Assembly: GCA_016200005.1 (NCBI GenBank)
Contig: JACQFP010000006.1
Span: forward strand, 216,929 to 280,928
Source of the DNA: Verrucomicrobiota bacterium
GTDB lineage: Bacteria > Verrucomicrobiota > Verrucomicrobiia > Limisphaerales > PALSA-1396
DNA length: 64,000 nucleotides
Direction of reading: 5' to 3'
Of the stretch, positions 46,779 through 56,298 are shown piece after piece (position 1 is the stretch's first letter; each line of letters starts with the position of its first letter). A program made the position numbers and the translations under genes. Under the pieces are notes generated by a model. That model worked only from the letters and a program-made list of their open reading frames with translations. It ran no database searches and had not been told where the DNA came from.

Positions 46779-47749
46779 GATGTTTTCAAGGTTAAGGGTT
46801 TGGATTGCTCGCCGACCGCGGAAAGAACCTGGCCGACCTCGAATTGCGGCGGCGCGATCTGTTGTGCCGGTTGCTGCGGGTTCACCCATTGGCAATCGGT
46901 GATCTGCAAAATGCCGTCCCCGGTCGCAATGGCAAACGGATTGAGGCTGATGACTTGTCCGGGAACCACGTCGCCTGCGCCTCTCGAAGAGAACCCCGGC
47001 GGCTGGACCCGCCAGATCATCAGCCGCGCATCGCCGCAATCAGTGAACGCACCGGGGTAAGGCCGCGTGACGGCGCGAATCAGGTTGAAGATGTTGATTA
47101 CGGGCTGGTGCCAGTCAATCCGGCCATCCTCCGGTTTGCGCGCGCCGAAATAAGTCGCTTGAGTTTCGTCCTGTGGATGACGCGGCGCGTGGCCGGTGAG
47201 AATCGCGTTCAATTGTCGCTCCAACACCTTCAACGCCGCCGCTTGAACTTTCTTCATCACTTCAATGGCGGTTTCCTCCGGTCCGATGGCAACCGCTTCC
47301 TGATCCACTATGGCTCCGGCATCCGCGCGTTGCACCATGTGATGAAGTGTGGCGCCGATCTGGCTCTCACCGTTGAGCACGGCCCAGTTGACGGGAGCTT
47401 TGCCGCGATATTTCGGCAGCAGAGAGCCGTGCATGTTGAAAGCGCCGAGCGGTGCGAGGTTCAACAACCGCATGGGAATCATGTTCCGATAGTAGAAGGA
47501 AAAGATGACGTCGGGTCGAAGGGTCTGAAGTTGCTCTTCTGTTTCCGGCGTTTTCAAAGAATCGGGCGTGAAAACCGGAACGTCATGTTCCCGCGCCAAG
47601 CCCGCGACTGATCGAAACCAAAGATTCTCGTCCGGTTTGTCTTCGTGAGTGAACACAGCGACCACGCGCGTCTTGCGGCGCAGCAACAGCTCCAGGCATT
47701 CATAGCCCACCTCGCTGTAACCGAAAACAATGACGCGCGGCTCAGTCAT
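46775..47749 (-). CDS. arnA: UDP-4-amino-4-deoxy-L-arabinose formyltransferase (ArnA N-terminal domain as a separate gene)
   Basis: MHGSLLPKYRGKAPVNWAVLNGE and the fmt-like fold. 324 aa. Confidence 0.8.
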   Translation of the reverse strand: MTEPRVIVFGYSEVGYECLELLLRRKTRVVAVFTHEDKPDENLWFRSVAGLAREHDVPVFTPDSLKTPETEEQLQTLRPDVIFSFYYRNMIPMRLLNLAPLGAFNMHGSLLPKYRGKAPVNWAVLNGESQIGATLHHMVQRADAGAIVDQEAVAIGPEETAIEVMKKVQAAALKVLERQLNAILTGHAPRHPQDETQATYFGARKPEDGRIDWHQPVINIFNLIRAVTRPYPGAFTDCGDARLMIWRVQPPGFSSRGAGDVVPGQVISLNPFAIATGDGILQITDCQWVNPQQPAQQIAPPQFEVGQVLSAVGEQSKPLTLKTS

Positions 47750-48689
47750 CGAGTTGCTCCAGAATTTCCCTGGTCACGTAACGGGGTCGTTGTTGCACTG
47801 ATTGATACGTGCGCCCGACGTACTCGCCGATCAGTCCGATGCCGACCATCGCCACGCTGATGAGGAAGAAAAGAATTGCGAACAACGTGAACACGCCGAA
47901 GGTTTCGCGGTCGAGATTGAGCACCAGCCGACGGTAAAGCAGCACGGCCACCAGACTCAGGCTGCCCGCCGAGCAGAGCATGCTGAAGAGCGTGAACAGT
48001 TGCAGCGGCGTCGTGGTAAAGCCGGTGATCAGATCGAAGTTCAGCCGGATGAGTTTGTAATAACTGTATTTCGATTCGCCCGCGGCGCGCGCATCGTGTT
48101 CGACTTCGACTTCGCCGGGCCGCGCGGCGAATTTGTAGGCGAGCGCGGGAATGAACAGTGACCGTTCGCCGGTCTGCACAATTGCCTGCACCACCGCGCG
48201 CCGATACGCCCGCAACATGCAACCTTGATCAGTCATCTTGATGTCCGTGGTCAGTTCGCGAACAAAGTTGATGAGCTTCGAACTGAGCTTTCGTCCCACG
48301 GTGTCCTTGCGGCTTTTGCGAAATCCGCCGACGACATCGAATCCTTCCTCCACTTTGGCGAGCAGTTTGGGAATTTCCTCCGGCGGATTCTGCAGGTCGG
48401 CGTCCAGCGTGACAACGATGTCACCTCGTGCGCGCTCAAACGCCGCCATGATGGCGGTGTGCTGTCCGAAGTTGCCGTTGAAGTCGATCACGCGAACTTC
48501 TTTGGGCCGCCGTCGGTGAAGATCGCGGAGGATTTCCATCGAGCGATCCGCGCTGCCGTCGTTGGTGAAGATGATTTCAAACGGTTTGCCGACGGAATCC
48601 AGCACCTTCGTAAGCCGCGTGAAGAGAGATTCGAGATTCTCTTCTTCATTGAACACCGGGATGACGACCGAGAGATAAATCGCTTTCAT
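47742..48689 (-). CDS. arnC: undecaprenyl-phosphate 4-deoxy-4-formamido-L-arabinose transferase (GT2)
   Basis: LSVVIPVFNEEENL, TNDGSADRS, LDADLQNPPEEIP, plus two C-terminal TM helices. Confidence 0.8.
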   Translation of the reverse strand: MKAIYLSVVIPVFNEEENLESLFTRLTKVLDSVGKPFEIIFTNDGSADRSMEILRDLHRRRPKEVRVIDFNGNFGQHTAIMAAFERARGDIVVTLDADLQNPPEEIPKLLAKVEEGFDVVGGFRKSRKDTVGRKLSSKLINFVRELTTDIKMTDQGCMLRAYRRAVVQAIVQTGERSLFIPALAYKFAARPGEVEVEHDARAAGESKYSYYKLIRLNFDLITGFTTTPLQLFTLFSMLCSAGSLSLVAVLLYRRLVLNLDRETFGVFTLFAILFFLISVAMVGIGLIGEYVGRTYQSVQQRPRYVTREILEQLDD

Positions 48690-48692
48690 GGC

Positions 48693-49904
48693 TCAGGCGC
48701 GTTTGAAAATGGCGGCCATCGCGGCAATGACCCGGTCCTGGTCGGCTTCCGTCATCGTCGGAAACAATGGCAGGCTGACCACGCGGTCAGAAATCGCCTC
48801 CGCGTTCGGAAAATCGCCACGTTGATAACCGAACTTCTCCCGGTAGTAAGGACTCAAATGAACCGCTTGATAATGCAGGCCGGTGCCGATGTTGTGCTCT
48901 TTCAACGCGGCCATGAATCCGTCGCGGTCCACGCCGGCGGCGTCGGGATTGATCAACGGCGCGAACAGATGCCAGGCGTGACGGTGTTCGTAGGAAACCT
49001 TGCCCGGCAAGGTCAACTCCGGCCAGCCGGCGAGTTTCTCATAATAACGATGAACCAGTTCCGTGCGCCGCTCGATGAAACCGTCCAGCGCGGGAAGTTG
49101 GTGGATGCCCAGGGCGGCCTGAATGTCCATGAAGTTGAATTTGTAACCGGGCAAAACAATCTCGTAATGCGGGCTGCCAGATTTGCCAAACCGCGCCCAC
49201 GCTTCGCGATCAATCCCGTGGAAGCGCAGCAACAGGATGCGCTTCTCCATGTTGGCGTCGGTGGTGGTGATGCAACCGCCTTCGCCCGTGGTCATGTTCT
49301 TGTTGGGGTGAAAACTGAAGACCTGCGTGTCGCCAAAACTTCCAATGCGCCGCCCTTTGTATTCCGTGCCAATGGCGTGGGCGGCGTCTTCGATGACGCG
49401 GAGACGATGTTTCTTGGCAATGGCGTAAACGGAATCCAAATCCACGGGCAGACCGGCGAAGTGAACCGGCATGATCGCGCGTGTGCGCGGAGTGATTGCG
49501 GCCTCCAAACGCGAGACATCCATGTTGTAAGTGTCTGGCTCAACATCCACCAGCACCGGTTTGCCGCCAGCGAGCACAATCGAATTCATCGTGGCCGCAA
49601 AAGTCATCGCCGTCGTGATGACTTCATCGCCCGGTTGCAAATCCAGCGAGAGCAGCGCCATCAACAGGCCGGCCGTCGCCGAGGAGCATGTCAACGCGCA
49701 CGGCGCGCGCAAATAGTCCTGCAACATCTTCTCGAACTGTTTGGTGCGCGGGCCGGTGGTGATCCAACCCGATTCCAAACAGGCGACAACCTCAGCGATG
49801 GCCGCCGGACTGATCGTCGGTTTCGAAAAGGGCAGGAAAGCGTCGTTCGTTATTACGCTCTGGCTCGATTGAATTGGCGGTTTGTCCGGCGCGACGGTTT
49901 TCAT
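48693..49904 (-). CDS. arnB: UDP-4-amino-4-deoxy-L-arabinose--oxoglutarate aminotransferase (DegT/DnrJ/EryC1 family)
   Basis: DegT-family sequence with the PLP-lysine context FSFHPNKNMTTGEGG. Confidence 0.8.
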   Translation of the reverse strand: MKTVAPDKPPIQSSQSVITNDAFLPFSKPTISPAAIAEVVACLESGWITTGPRTKQFEKMLQDYLRAPCALTCSSATAGLLMALLSLDLQPGDEVITTAMTFAATMNSIVLAGGKPVLVDVEPDTYNMDVSRLEAAITPRTRAIMPVHFAGLPVDLDSVYAIAKKHRLRVIEDAAHAIGTEYKGRRIGSFGDTQVFSFHPNKNMTTGEGGCITTTDANMEKRILLLRFHGIDREAWARFGKSGSPHYEIVLPGYKFNFMDIQAALGIHQLPALDGFIERRTELVHRYYEKLAGWPELTLPGKVSYEHRHAWHLFAPLINPDAAGVDRDGFMAALKEHNIGTGLHYQAVHLSPYYREKFGYQRGDFPNAEAISDRVVSLPLFPTMTEADQDRVIAAMAAIFKRA

Positions 49905-51652
49905 GGTTTGACCGGCTGCGGATTGTAGGCGTCGGGCTGGTTGCTGAGGAGCACAAAATCATCGTCCTTCATGATTTCGATCGGGCGCCAACTGGGATTC
50001 ATTGCGGCAAACGCCCGATAATGGCGCCAGCTTGTCAGCGCGTAAACGCGTTGATTACCTTGCCAGAGTTCGACGAACTGGTGCGCGTTCACGTAACGGT
50101 CGGAATGGCTCTCCAGTTGCAATCCGAAGCGCTGTTCGTCAGGTTCGAAGCTGACTACTCCGATCAACCTTTCCAGATACGGAGGCACGTCCTGACAGTA
50201 TTCGCGCAGGTTGAAGACCAATGTATCCGGCGCGAGTCTGGGCTTCAGAAACTTGCAGAGTTCCCGGGCGGAGGGACGATGCAACGCGGCGGCCAGCGGA
50301 TTGAACACCAGACAGATTCCAGCCGCCGCCAGCATCAGGACAACCAACCCGCGCGGTGAAGTCCGGCGCCGGCTGAAACGGAAAACCAAAATGGCGCTGA
50401 TGGCCAATATCCCGATCAACACGCCAAACCACGGCAGCGCAGCCGGGCGGATCGTATCAGGCCGCGAACGCAGAATGAAGGGCGTGGCCGCGGCGAGCAA
50501 GGCGGCGATGATCGCATAGCCAACGTAACCCGCTTTGAGTGAAACCCGGCCGGGATCACCCCACGCCGCCGACAAATATCTTCCCACCAACAGCGCCAGC
50601 GCCGGATACACCGGCAGAATGTAAGGAATCAACTTGGATTGGGACGTGGAAAAAAACAGCAGCACAAACGCAATCCAGATGATGAAGAAATAAACTTCCG
50701 GCTGCTCGTGTCGCTTTTTCCATCCGCCTTGCAATGATTGCTTGATGGCCTGGGGCAAAAAAGCGACCCACGGAAACAGGCCGGCCGGCAGCACCACCAG
50801 GAAAAACCAGATCGGTTCCTCGCGCCGGTCCACCGCCGTGAGATAGCGCAACACCTGCTGACGCATGAAGTAGTACCAGAGAAAACCCTGCCCTTCCTCC
50901 TTGGTGGAAAAGAATCCGGCGCTGTGTTCGCGGGCGGGCGTGGCCAGCGCTGCCAGCACATGCCAGGGCACCGCGACCAGCAAAAAAAGCGGGATGCCAA
51001 TCCACAGATAAAGCGGGAAAATGGATTTCCATCGCCACAAGAGCAGTGTCCAAAGAAAGATGATCGCCCCTGGAATCGCCAGACCAATGAGTCCTTTGGT
51101 CAGTGTCGCCACCGCCATGCACAGATAAAAGCCCGACAGCAGTCGTCGCCGCGTCGGTCCGGGCGGTTCGCGTACGCCAAGAATGAAACAACAGAGCGCG
51201 CCGCTGATGAACACGGACACCGCCATGTCCAGAAGAATGATCTGGCTCAAACCGAAAAAGAGCAGACTCGTGCCCAGCACAATGGCGGAAAAAATGCCCG
51301 CCGTCCTGCCGTAAAGTCTCCGCCCTGTGGCATAGATCGTGAGACAGCCGAGAATTCCCAACGCCGCCGGCCAGAACCGCAACGTGGCTTCGTGCATGCC
51401 GCCCGCCTTGAGCGCCAGTGCTTCGAGCCAGTAAAAGAACGGCGGCTTTTCAAAATACAAGACCCCGTTCAGGCGTGGCGTGACCCAATCGCCACTGGCG
51501 ACCATCTCGCGCGGGATTTCCGCGTAGCGTCCCTCGTCAGGATTGCTGAACGGTCGCAGACCGATCATCGAAAAGTAGATCAAGCCCAGACCGAGAGTCA
51601 GCAGCGCCACATCTTTGGAAATGTCTCGCGCTTTTGATTTATCGTTGCTCAT
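49901..51652 (-). CDS. arnT: GT39/GT83-type glycosyltransferase, ArnT-like 4-amino-4-deoxy-L-arabinose transferase
   Basis: Polytopic membrane protein with N-terminal RPFSNPDEGRYAEIPREMVASGDWVTPRLNGVLYFEKPPFFYW. Start uncertain (ATG 51652 chosen; the ORF extends to 51754). Confidence 0.75.
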   Translation of the reverse strand: MSNDKSKARDISKDVALLTLGLGLIYFSMIGLRPFSNPDEGRYAEIPREMVASGDWVTPRLNGVLYFEKPPFFYWLEALALKAGGMHEATLRFWPAALGILGCLTIYATGRRLYGRTAGIFSAIVLGTSLLFFGLSQIILLDMAVSVFISGALCCFILGVREPPGPTRRRLLSGFYLCMAVATLTKGLIGLAIPGAIIFLWTLLLWRWKSIFPLYLWIGIPLFLLVAVPWHVLAALATPAREHSAGFFSTKEEGQGFLWYYFMRQQVLRYLTAVDRREEPIWFFLVVLPAGLFPWVAFLPQAIKQSLQGGWKKRHEQPEVYFFIIWIAFVLLFFSTSQSKLIPYILPVYPALALLVGRYLSAAWGDPGRVSLKAGYVGYAIIAALLAAATPFILRSRPDTIRPAALPWFGVLIGILAISAILVFRFSRRRTSPRGLVVLMLAAAGICLVFNPLAAALHRPSARELCKFLKPRLAPDTLVFNLREYCQDVPPYLERLIGVVSFEPDEQRFGLQLESHSDRYVNAHQFVELWQGNQRVYALTSWRHYRAFAAMNPSWRPIEIMKDDDFVLLSNQPDAYNPQPVKP

Positions 51653-51957
51653 GCCCGGCGCAGTAAAACGTGGAACAAGCCCGCTCGCAATTGCAATTAA
51701 CTCGTCAGTCATTGGCGGCACAGGGCAATGTCCGTGGAGCAATCGAGTCACCAAGATTGTGCCGTCAGTTGACGGCTACATAATGGAGTTAAGATTTCCA
51801 AAAAACTTTTTCACAAGTTCCGGGCAAGTTTGCTTCAATTCGGCACCCCGGAGGTTTGCAGGCGTCTGTGCGAGCTTTTTGTTTCGCAGTTTCGTAGTGC
51901 GTAAAGTAAAGGGGTCGGTTCTGAATGGCCCTTAGATAAGGCCCATAAAGTAAAGTA

Positions 51958-52988
51958 AAGGGGTCGGTTCTTGGTATTGACAACTGTTGATGGGCGGTTC
52001 ACTCTCCCATCCATGGCGCGCAAGTTACGAGTGGAATATCCGGGGGCGATTTATCATGTGATGAATCGCGGCGACCGGCGTGAGGAGATTTTCAAGGATG
52101 ACCCGGATCGGGAGCGCTTTCTGGAAGCGCTCGGCGAGGTGTGCAAGAAGACCGGCTGGCAGGTTCATGCGTTGTGCTTGATGGAGAATCATTTTCATCT
52201 GGTGGTAGAGACGCCGCAGGGCAATTTGGTGGCGGGCATGAAATGGTTTCTGGGCACTTACACTTCGCGGTTCAATCGTCGTCACAAGTTGTTCGGGCAT
52301 CTGTTCAGCGGTCGTTACAAGGCGTTGGTGGTGGATGGCAGTGGCAGCGGGTATTTGAAGACGGTCTGTGATTACGTGCACTTGAATCCGGCGCGGGCGA
52401 AATTGTTGTCAGCGGACGAATCGTTGAGAAGTTATCGTTGGAGCAGTTGGCCGGAATACTTGAAGCGGCCCGGCAATCGCTGGCCGTGGTTGCGGGTGGA
52501 TCGCTTGCTGGGTGAGTATCGGATTCCCGAGGACAACGCGGCGGGGCGGCGGCACTTGGAACAGGAACTGGAAGCGCGGCGCCAGGCGGAATCGGGAGCG
52601 GATTACAGAGCGATTCGACGGGGCTGGTGTCTGGGTGAGAAAGCCTTTCGCGAGGGATTGCTGGAGCAAATGAGCGAGCGCTTGGGCGCGGAGCACTACG
52701 GAGAGGAGCGGTTGGAGACGGGGACGGAGAAGGCGGAACGGATTATCCGCGAGGAATTGAAACAACGGCGCTGGAAGGAACGAGATCTGGCGAAGCGGGC
52801 CAAGGGTGATGTTGAGAAGGTAAAACTGGCCGGACGATTGCGTGAAGAAACGACGGTGACGGTGAAGTGGATTGCGGAGCGGCTTGAGATGGGGACGGCG
52901 GGTTACGTGAACAACCGGCTGTATCGCTGGCGCAAAGGAACGTTGCCTAAGTGAGCATGGAGTGACTGATACCAAGAACCGACCCCTT
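51958..52988 (+). mobile_element. REP-flanked RAYT unit (IS200/IS605-like Y1 transposase bounded by a perfect 20-bp inverted repeat)
   Basis: AAGGGGTCGGTTCTTGGTAT at 51958-51977 and its exact reverse complement at 52969-52988. An extra partial direct copy AGTAAAGGGGTCGGTTCT lies at 51905-51922. Confidence 0.8.
52013..52954 (+). CDS. REP-associated tyrosine transposase (RAYT, Y1_Tnp/IS200-like) with charged C-terminal extension
   Basis: YPGAIYHVMNRG, LCLMENHFHLVVETP (HuH motif), FSGRYKALVV (catalytic Tyr context). Start at ATG 52013. Confidence 0.85.
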   Translation: MARKLRVEYPGAIYHVMNRGDRREEIFKDDPDRERFLEALGEVCKKTGWQVHALCLMENHFHLVVETPQGNLVAGMKWFLGTYTSRFNRRHKLFGHLFSGRYKALVVDGSGSGYLKTVCDYVHLNPARAKLLSADESLRSYRWSSWPEYLKRPGNRWPWLRVDRLLGEYRIPEDNAAGRRHLEQELEARRQAESGADYRAIRRGWCLGEKAFREGLLEQMSERLGAEHYGEERLETGTEKAERIIREELKQRRWKERDLAKRAKGDVEKVKLAGRLREETTVTVKWIAERLEMGTAGYVNNRLYRWRKGTLPK

Positions 52989-53058
52989 CGCTGTCGAGTT
53001 GCTGCTCACAAAAACCGGATTGCACTTCGGGCTGCGCTCGACCATAACTCTGCCCAAG

Positions 53059-54702
53059 TTAGCCAAGGTCTGTTCGGCTGCCGTCAACGGCATCGAGGCT
53101 TATCCGATCGAAGTCTTTCGTCGCGTGGCGTCGGAGCGCGTCCTTGACGGCTTCCGTGCCACCGGTCGTTTTTTCGGGAAGCTTCGCGCCCGCTTTGAGC
53201 AGCAACTCGACGGTCGTGGCGTAGTCTCCCGTCCGGCAATACCAGCCATGTTCCGAGCCGTGAATGGCCCATCCCAGTGGCGTGCTATGGAAGTCTGCAT
53301 CGGTCAGTTCGAGCGGCGGTTCGTAACGAAGGATCTCGCGGGTCAACTCCGCATTCCCATGAAACGCCGCCCAGTGCAGCGGCGTGGCACGATGCTGGCC
53401 GAGCGAGTCCACGGGCAGACCCGCAGTGAGCATCACGCGGACGGCGGCGAGATTGTTGTTCCGCGCAGCGTGAGCGACCTGGCGATGATAGGCGTCGGAC
53501 AAATCGGCGACGAGGTCAGGCTCTTGGGCGAGCAAGGATTTCACCGCGGTTTCGTCAACGGCCCAGCAAGCAGCAAGCAGTCTCACGTCGGCGGGACTGC
53601 GTTCCATCAATAAACGGAAGACGTCGTCGTGACCGAATTGCTTGGCGACGTCGTGCGGCGACACGTACCAACCGAGCGCCCATTGATAAATCGTTCCACC
53701 GGCCTTTTTGTTGATCATGGGAAAATATTCGTCGCTCACGCGCACGTGAATGCAGCCGGGATCGGAGTCCAGATGTTTGCGAACGAGGTCCGCGTCGCCC
53801 AGCGCTGCGGCCATGAGGATGTCGGTCTTGCAGCCGCGCTGAATCAAGTAACGCGCGATCTCCTGACGGTCGCCCACCATCCATTGTGCCGGTGTGGAAT
53901 CGTGGTCGATGTCGCGGGCGTCAATGTCTGCGCCGTGATCCAGCAACCACTTCGCGATTTCGACCGTGCTGGCAAAATGTAGCGGCGTCTGTCCATCGCC
54001 GCCTCGCGCATTCACTAGCGACGGATTGGCCGAGATGAGTTCACGGACCTTCTCGTTCATGCCGAGGCGTGCGGCGGCGTGCACATCCACGACGGCGCCG
54101 CGCTGTATTGCGTACGCGGCCAGGTCAGGTTTCGCGCCGTGCAAGAGCCCGAATCCGCCGGCCCACCACCGGCTCTTCGCATTGATGTCCGCCCCGGCTT
54201 CGAGCAACACGTCCAGCATCTCGCGGCTGCGCACCTGCGTGATCACCGGCGCGTCGAAGGCCGCCACGGGTTCGTTGATCTTTGCCTTCATCGCGGGAAA
54301 ACGTTCGAGTAACTGGCGGAACATGGTTGCGTCATTGTCTATAAATGCTTTCTTGAACAGTTCAACCGGGTCGTCTGCTTTGAGTGTGATGGAGTCCACA
54401 TGCTCCTTGAGCTTCATCCAACTGGCGAAACCGTATTCGCGAGCGATGACAAGTTGCGCGTCGTGAAGGCGGAAGCCTTTTCCCCTCACCCGACCTTCGG
54501 TCACCCTCTCCCCATCCGATGGGGAGAGGGATGGGGTGAGGGGCGTTCTTGGTGATTTGACCGACGAACCACCAAAGTCGGGATGAAGCTCGCGCATGCG
54601 ATTCACCGCCGCCGGCTCGCCGGCGAGATATTTTTTGAGGAGGTCTTTGGCCTGGTTCTTGAGTTGTTCAAGATTGGGCCGCGAAGGAAGCGACTTTGAC
54701 AT
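53059..54702 (-). CDS. ankyrin repeat protein
   Basis: Multiple TPLHxA/G..G...vv..LL..GAD repeats (e.g. GQTPLHFASTVEIAKWLLDHGADIDA, ATPLHWAAFHGNAELTREIL). Contains an in-frame family A repeat near the N-terminus. Confidence 0.85.
   Translation of the reverse strand: MSKSLPSRPNLEQLKNQAKDLLKKYLAGEPAAVNRMRELHPDFGGSSVKSPRTPLTPSLSPSDGERVTEGRVRGKGFRLHDAQLVIAREYGFASWMKLKEHVDSITLKADDPVELFKKAFIDNDATMFRQLLERFPAMKAKINEPVAAFDAPVITQVRSREMLDVLLEAGADINAKSRWWAGGFGLLHGAKPDLAAYAIQRGAVVDVHAAARLGMNEKVRELISANPSLVNARGGDGQTPLHFASTVEIAKWLLDHGADIDARDIDHDSTPAQWMVGDRQEIARYLIQRGCKTDILMAAALGDADLVRKHLDSDPGCIHVRVSDEYFPMINKKAGGTIYQWALGWYVSPHDVAKQFGHDDVFRLLMERSPADVRLLAACWAVDETAVKSLLAQEPDLVADLSDAYHRQVAHAARNNNLAAVRVMLTAGLPVDSLGQHRATPLHWAAFHGNAELTREILRYEPPLELTDADFHSTPLGWAIHGSEHGWYCRTGDYATTVELLLKAGAKLPEKTTGGTEAVKDALRRHATKDFDRISLDAVDGSRTDLG
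54482..54543. repeat. complete two-armed family A element inserted in-frame in the ankyrin gene
   Basis: CCCCTCACCC-gaccttcggtca-CCCTCTCCCCA-tccga-TGGGGAGAGGG-a-TGGGGTGAGGGG, with nested outer and inner inverted repeats. Translated on the minus strand as TPLTPSLSPSDGERVTEGRVRGKG. Confidence 0.8.
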
Positions 54703-54938
54703 ATAACCTTTCTGCTATCGCCTGTGGTCCGCGGGCAGGCAGCATCAAGGTTACGGTTGCACCGAGACTGGTAGGTAGGCTCAGCCCTTTCCGCGGACCC
54801 GGATGCGTCCTGAACGCAAATCAAGTCAGCCAGAATTGCATTTGCTTGTCAACTGACAGCCATTCGCATTTGAGTTTTTCTGGAGGGTGCGCGGTCTCAG
54901 TTACCAGTTACGCTACTGAACCACGTTACTCGTTGATA

Positions 54939-56201
54939 TCACTTTGTGATCGCGTCGTAGATGGGTCCTTTGACCACCGTTTCCAGCATCATGGAAAAGG
55001 GCAAAGACTGCTCCATCGTGACGACCACCAAATCATCTTTGGGCGAGGTCCAATAATGTGTGCTAGCCATGCCGCCCCAGCCGTATTCCCCCACCCGGCC
55101 CGACGGCGCGTCATCTGTGGACTCGACGCGCACGGAAAAGCCAAGTCCAAAGCCAACGTCGGCGCGCTTCCCCACGCTGATGGCAATGGGAATGAGCGCG
55201 GGCGGCAACTGGTTGTGCGTCATCAACGCCACCGTTTCGGACTTCAAAACCCGCACGCCTTGAAGTTCGCCTCCCTGCGCAATCATTTGCAGGAAACGCA
55301 TGTAGTCGCGTGTCGTGGACACCATGCCGCCACCGCCGGACAAGAGTTTGGGTTTGGTGAGGTAGGGGCTGGCGGTCTGCGTCTCGGCGGGTTTGAGAGT
55401 GCCGTTGCCATCGGAGTTGTAAATGGCTGCCAGGCGATCCGCTCTTTCGCGCGGCACGTAAAAACCGGTATCCTTCATGTCCAGCGGTTCCAAGAGGCGC
55501 TGTTGTAGGAACGCGTCAAACGTCATGCCCGAAGCGACCTCGATCACCCGACCGAGCACATCGATGGCAACGCTATACACCCACTTCGTGCCGGGGTCGT
55601 AGAGAAGCGGAAGTTTTCCCAATTTCTCACACATGGCCTTGAGGTCTTCGTTTGGATTCAAAACTTTGGCTTCACGGTAAAGCCTGTCCACGGGCGTGTC
55701 GCCGAAAGCGCCATAGGTCAAACCGGCAGTGTGCCGCATCAAATCGCGGATGGTCGGTTCGTGCGTCGGCGCGACGTTACCTGCTCCGTTCCACACTTTG
55801 AGACTCTTGAAATCGGGCACGTATTTGGACACCGGATCGTTGAGCTTGATCTTGCCTTCGTCATAAAGGATCAAGGCGGCGGCCGTGGTGAGCGCCTTGC
55901 TCATGGAGTAAATGCGGAAGATGGCGTCCGGGCGCATCGGTTTGTCTGCCTCCAGGTCCATCTTCCCGAACGTTTTGGAGTAAACCACTTTTCCATGCCG
56001 GGCGATCATCACCGTTGTACCGGCCAGTTTCTTTTGCTGGATCAGGTCTTCAATCACCTTGTCCACCTTTTCCAATTTCGCGGATGATATGCCAACGCTC
56101 TCGGGCGCGACGGAAGGCAGTTCACGAGCGGCGAGGGCGAGGGCGAAGCAAAGGCTGACCAGAAAACAAACCGACTTCAGGAAAGATGTTGGCGTGTGCA
56201 T
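54939..56201 (-). CDS. serine hydrolase, beta-lactamase/class C esterase family
   Basis: Signal peptide plus the SMSKALT (S-x-x-K) nucleophile motif. Confidence 0.8.
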   Translation of the reverse strand: MHTPTSFLKSVCFLVSLCFALALAARELPSVAPESVGISSAKLEKVDKVIEDLIQQKKLAGTTVMIARHGKVVYSKTFGKMDLEADKPMRPDAIFRIYSMSKALTTAAALILYDEGKIKLNDPVSKYVPDFKSLKVWNGAGNVAPTHEPTIRDLMRHTAGLTYGAFGDTPVDRLYREAKVLNPNEDLKAMCEKLGKLPLLYDPGTKWVYSVAIDVLGRVIEVASGMTFDAFLQQRLLEPLDMKDTGFYVPRERADRLAAIYNSDGNGTLKPAETQTASPYLTKPKLLSGGGGMVSTTRDYMRFLQMIAQGGELQGVRVLKSETVALMTHNQLPPALIPIAISVGKRADVGFGLGFSVRVESTDDAPSGRVGEYGWGGMASTHYWTSPKDDLVVVTMEQSLPFSMMLETVVKGPIYDAITK

Positions 56202-56298
56202 GTCGGCAAGGGTAGTGACGGGCTGCGCTGAGTTTCAAGTGTGATTTTTCCCGCTCTGCGTCGCACGGCGCAACTCGACATTGTCACCAACCACGAAA

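Noticed and set aside
46779-47039. N-terminal 87 codons of ORF 45726..47039, which would make a longer decarboxylase or a fused ArnA
   Set aside because: This part overlaps the formyltransferase gene in another frame and is Arg/Gly-rich. Similarity to ArnA_DH begins at SQKILILGVNG, right after a TTG that overlaps the FT stop. A sequencing frameshift that splits a fused arnA cannot be excluded without reads.
48225-49928. 567-aa plus-strand ORF
   Set aside because: It is antisense to arnC and arnB, both of which have clear family motifs. It is the longest shadow ORF in the window.
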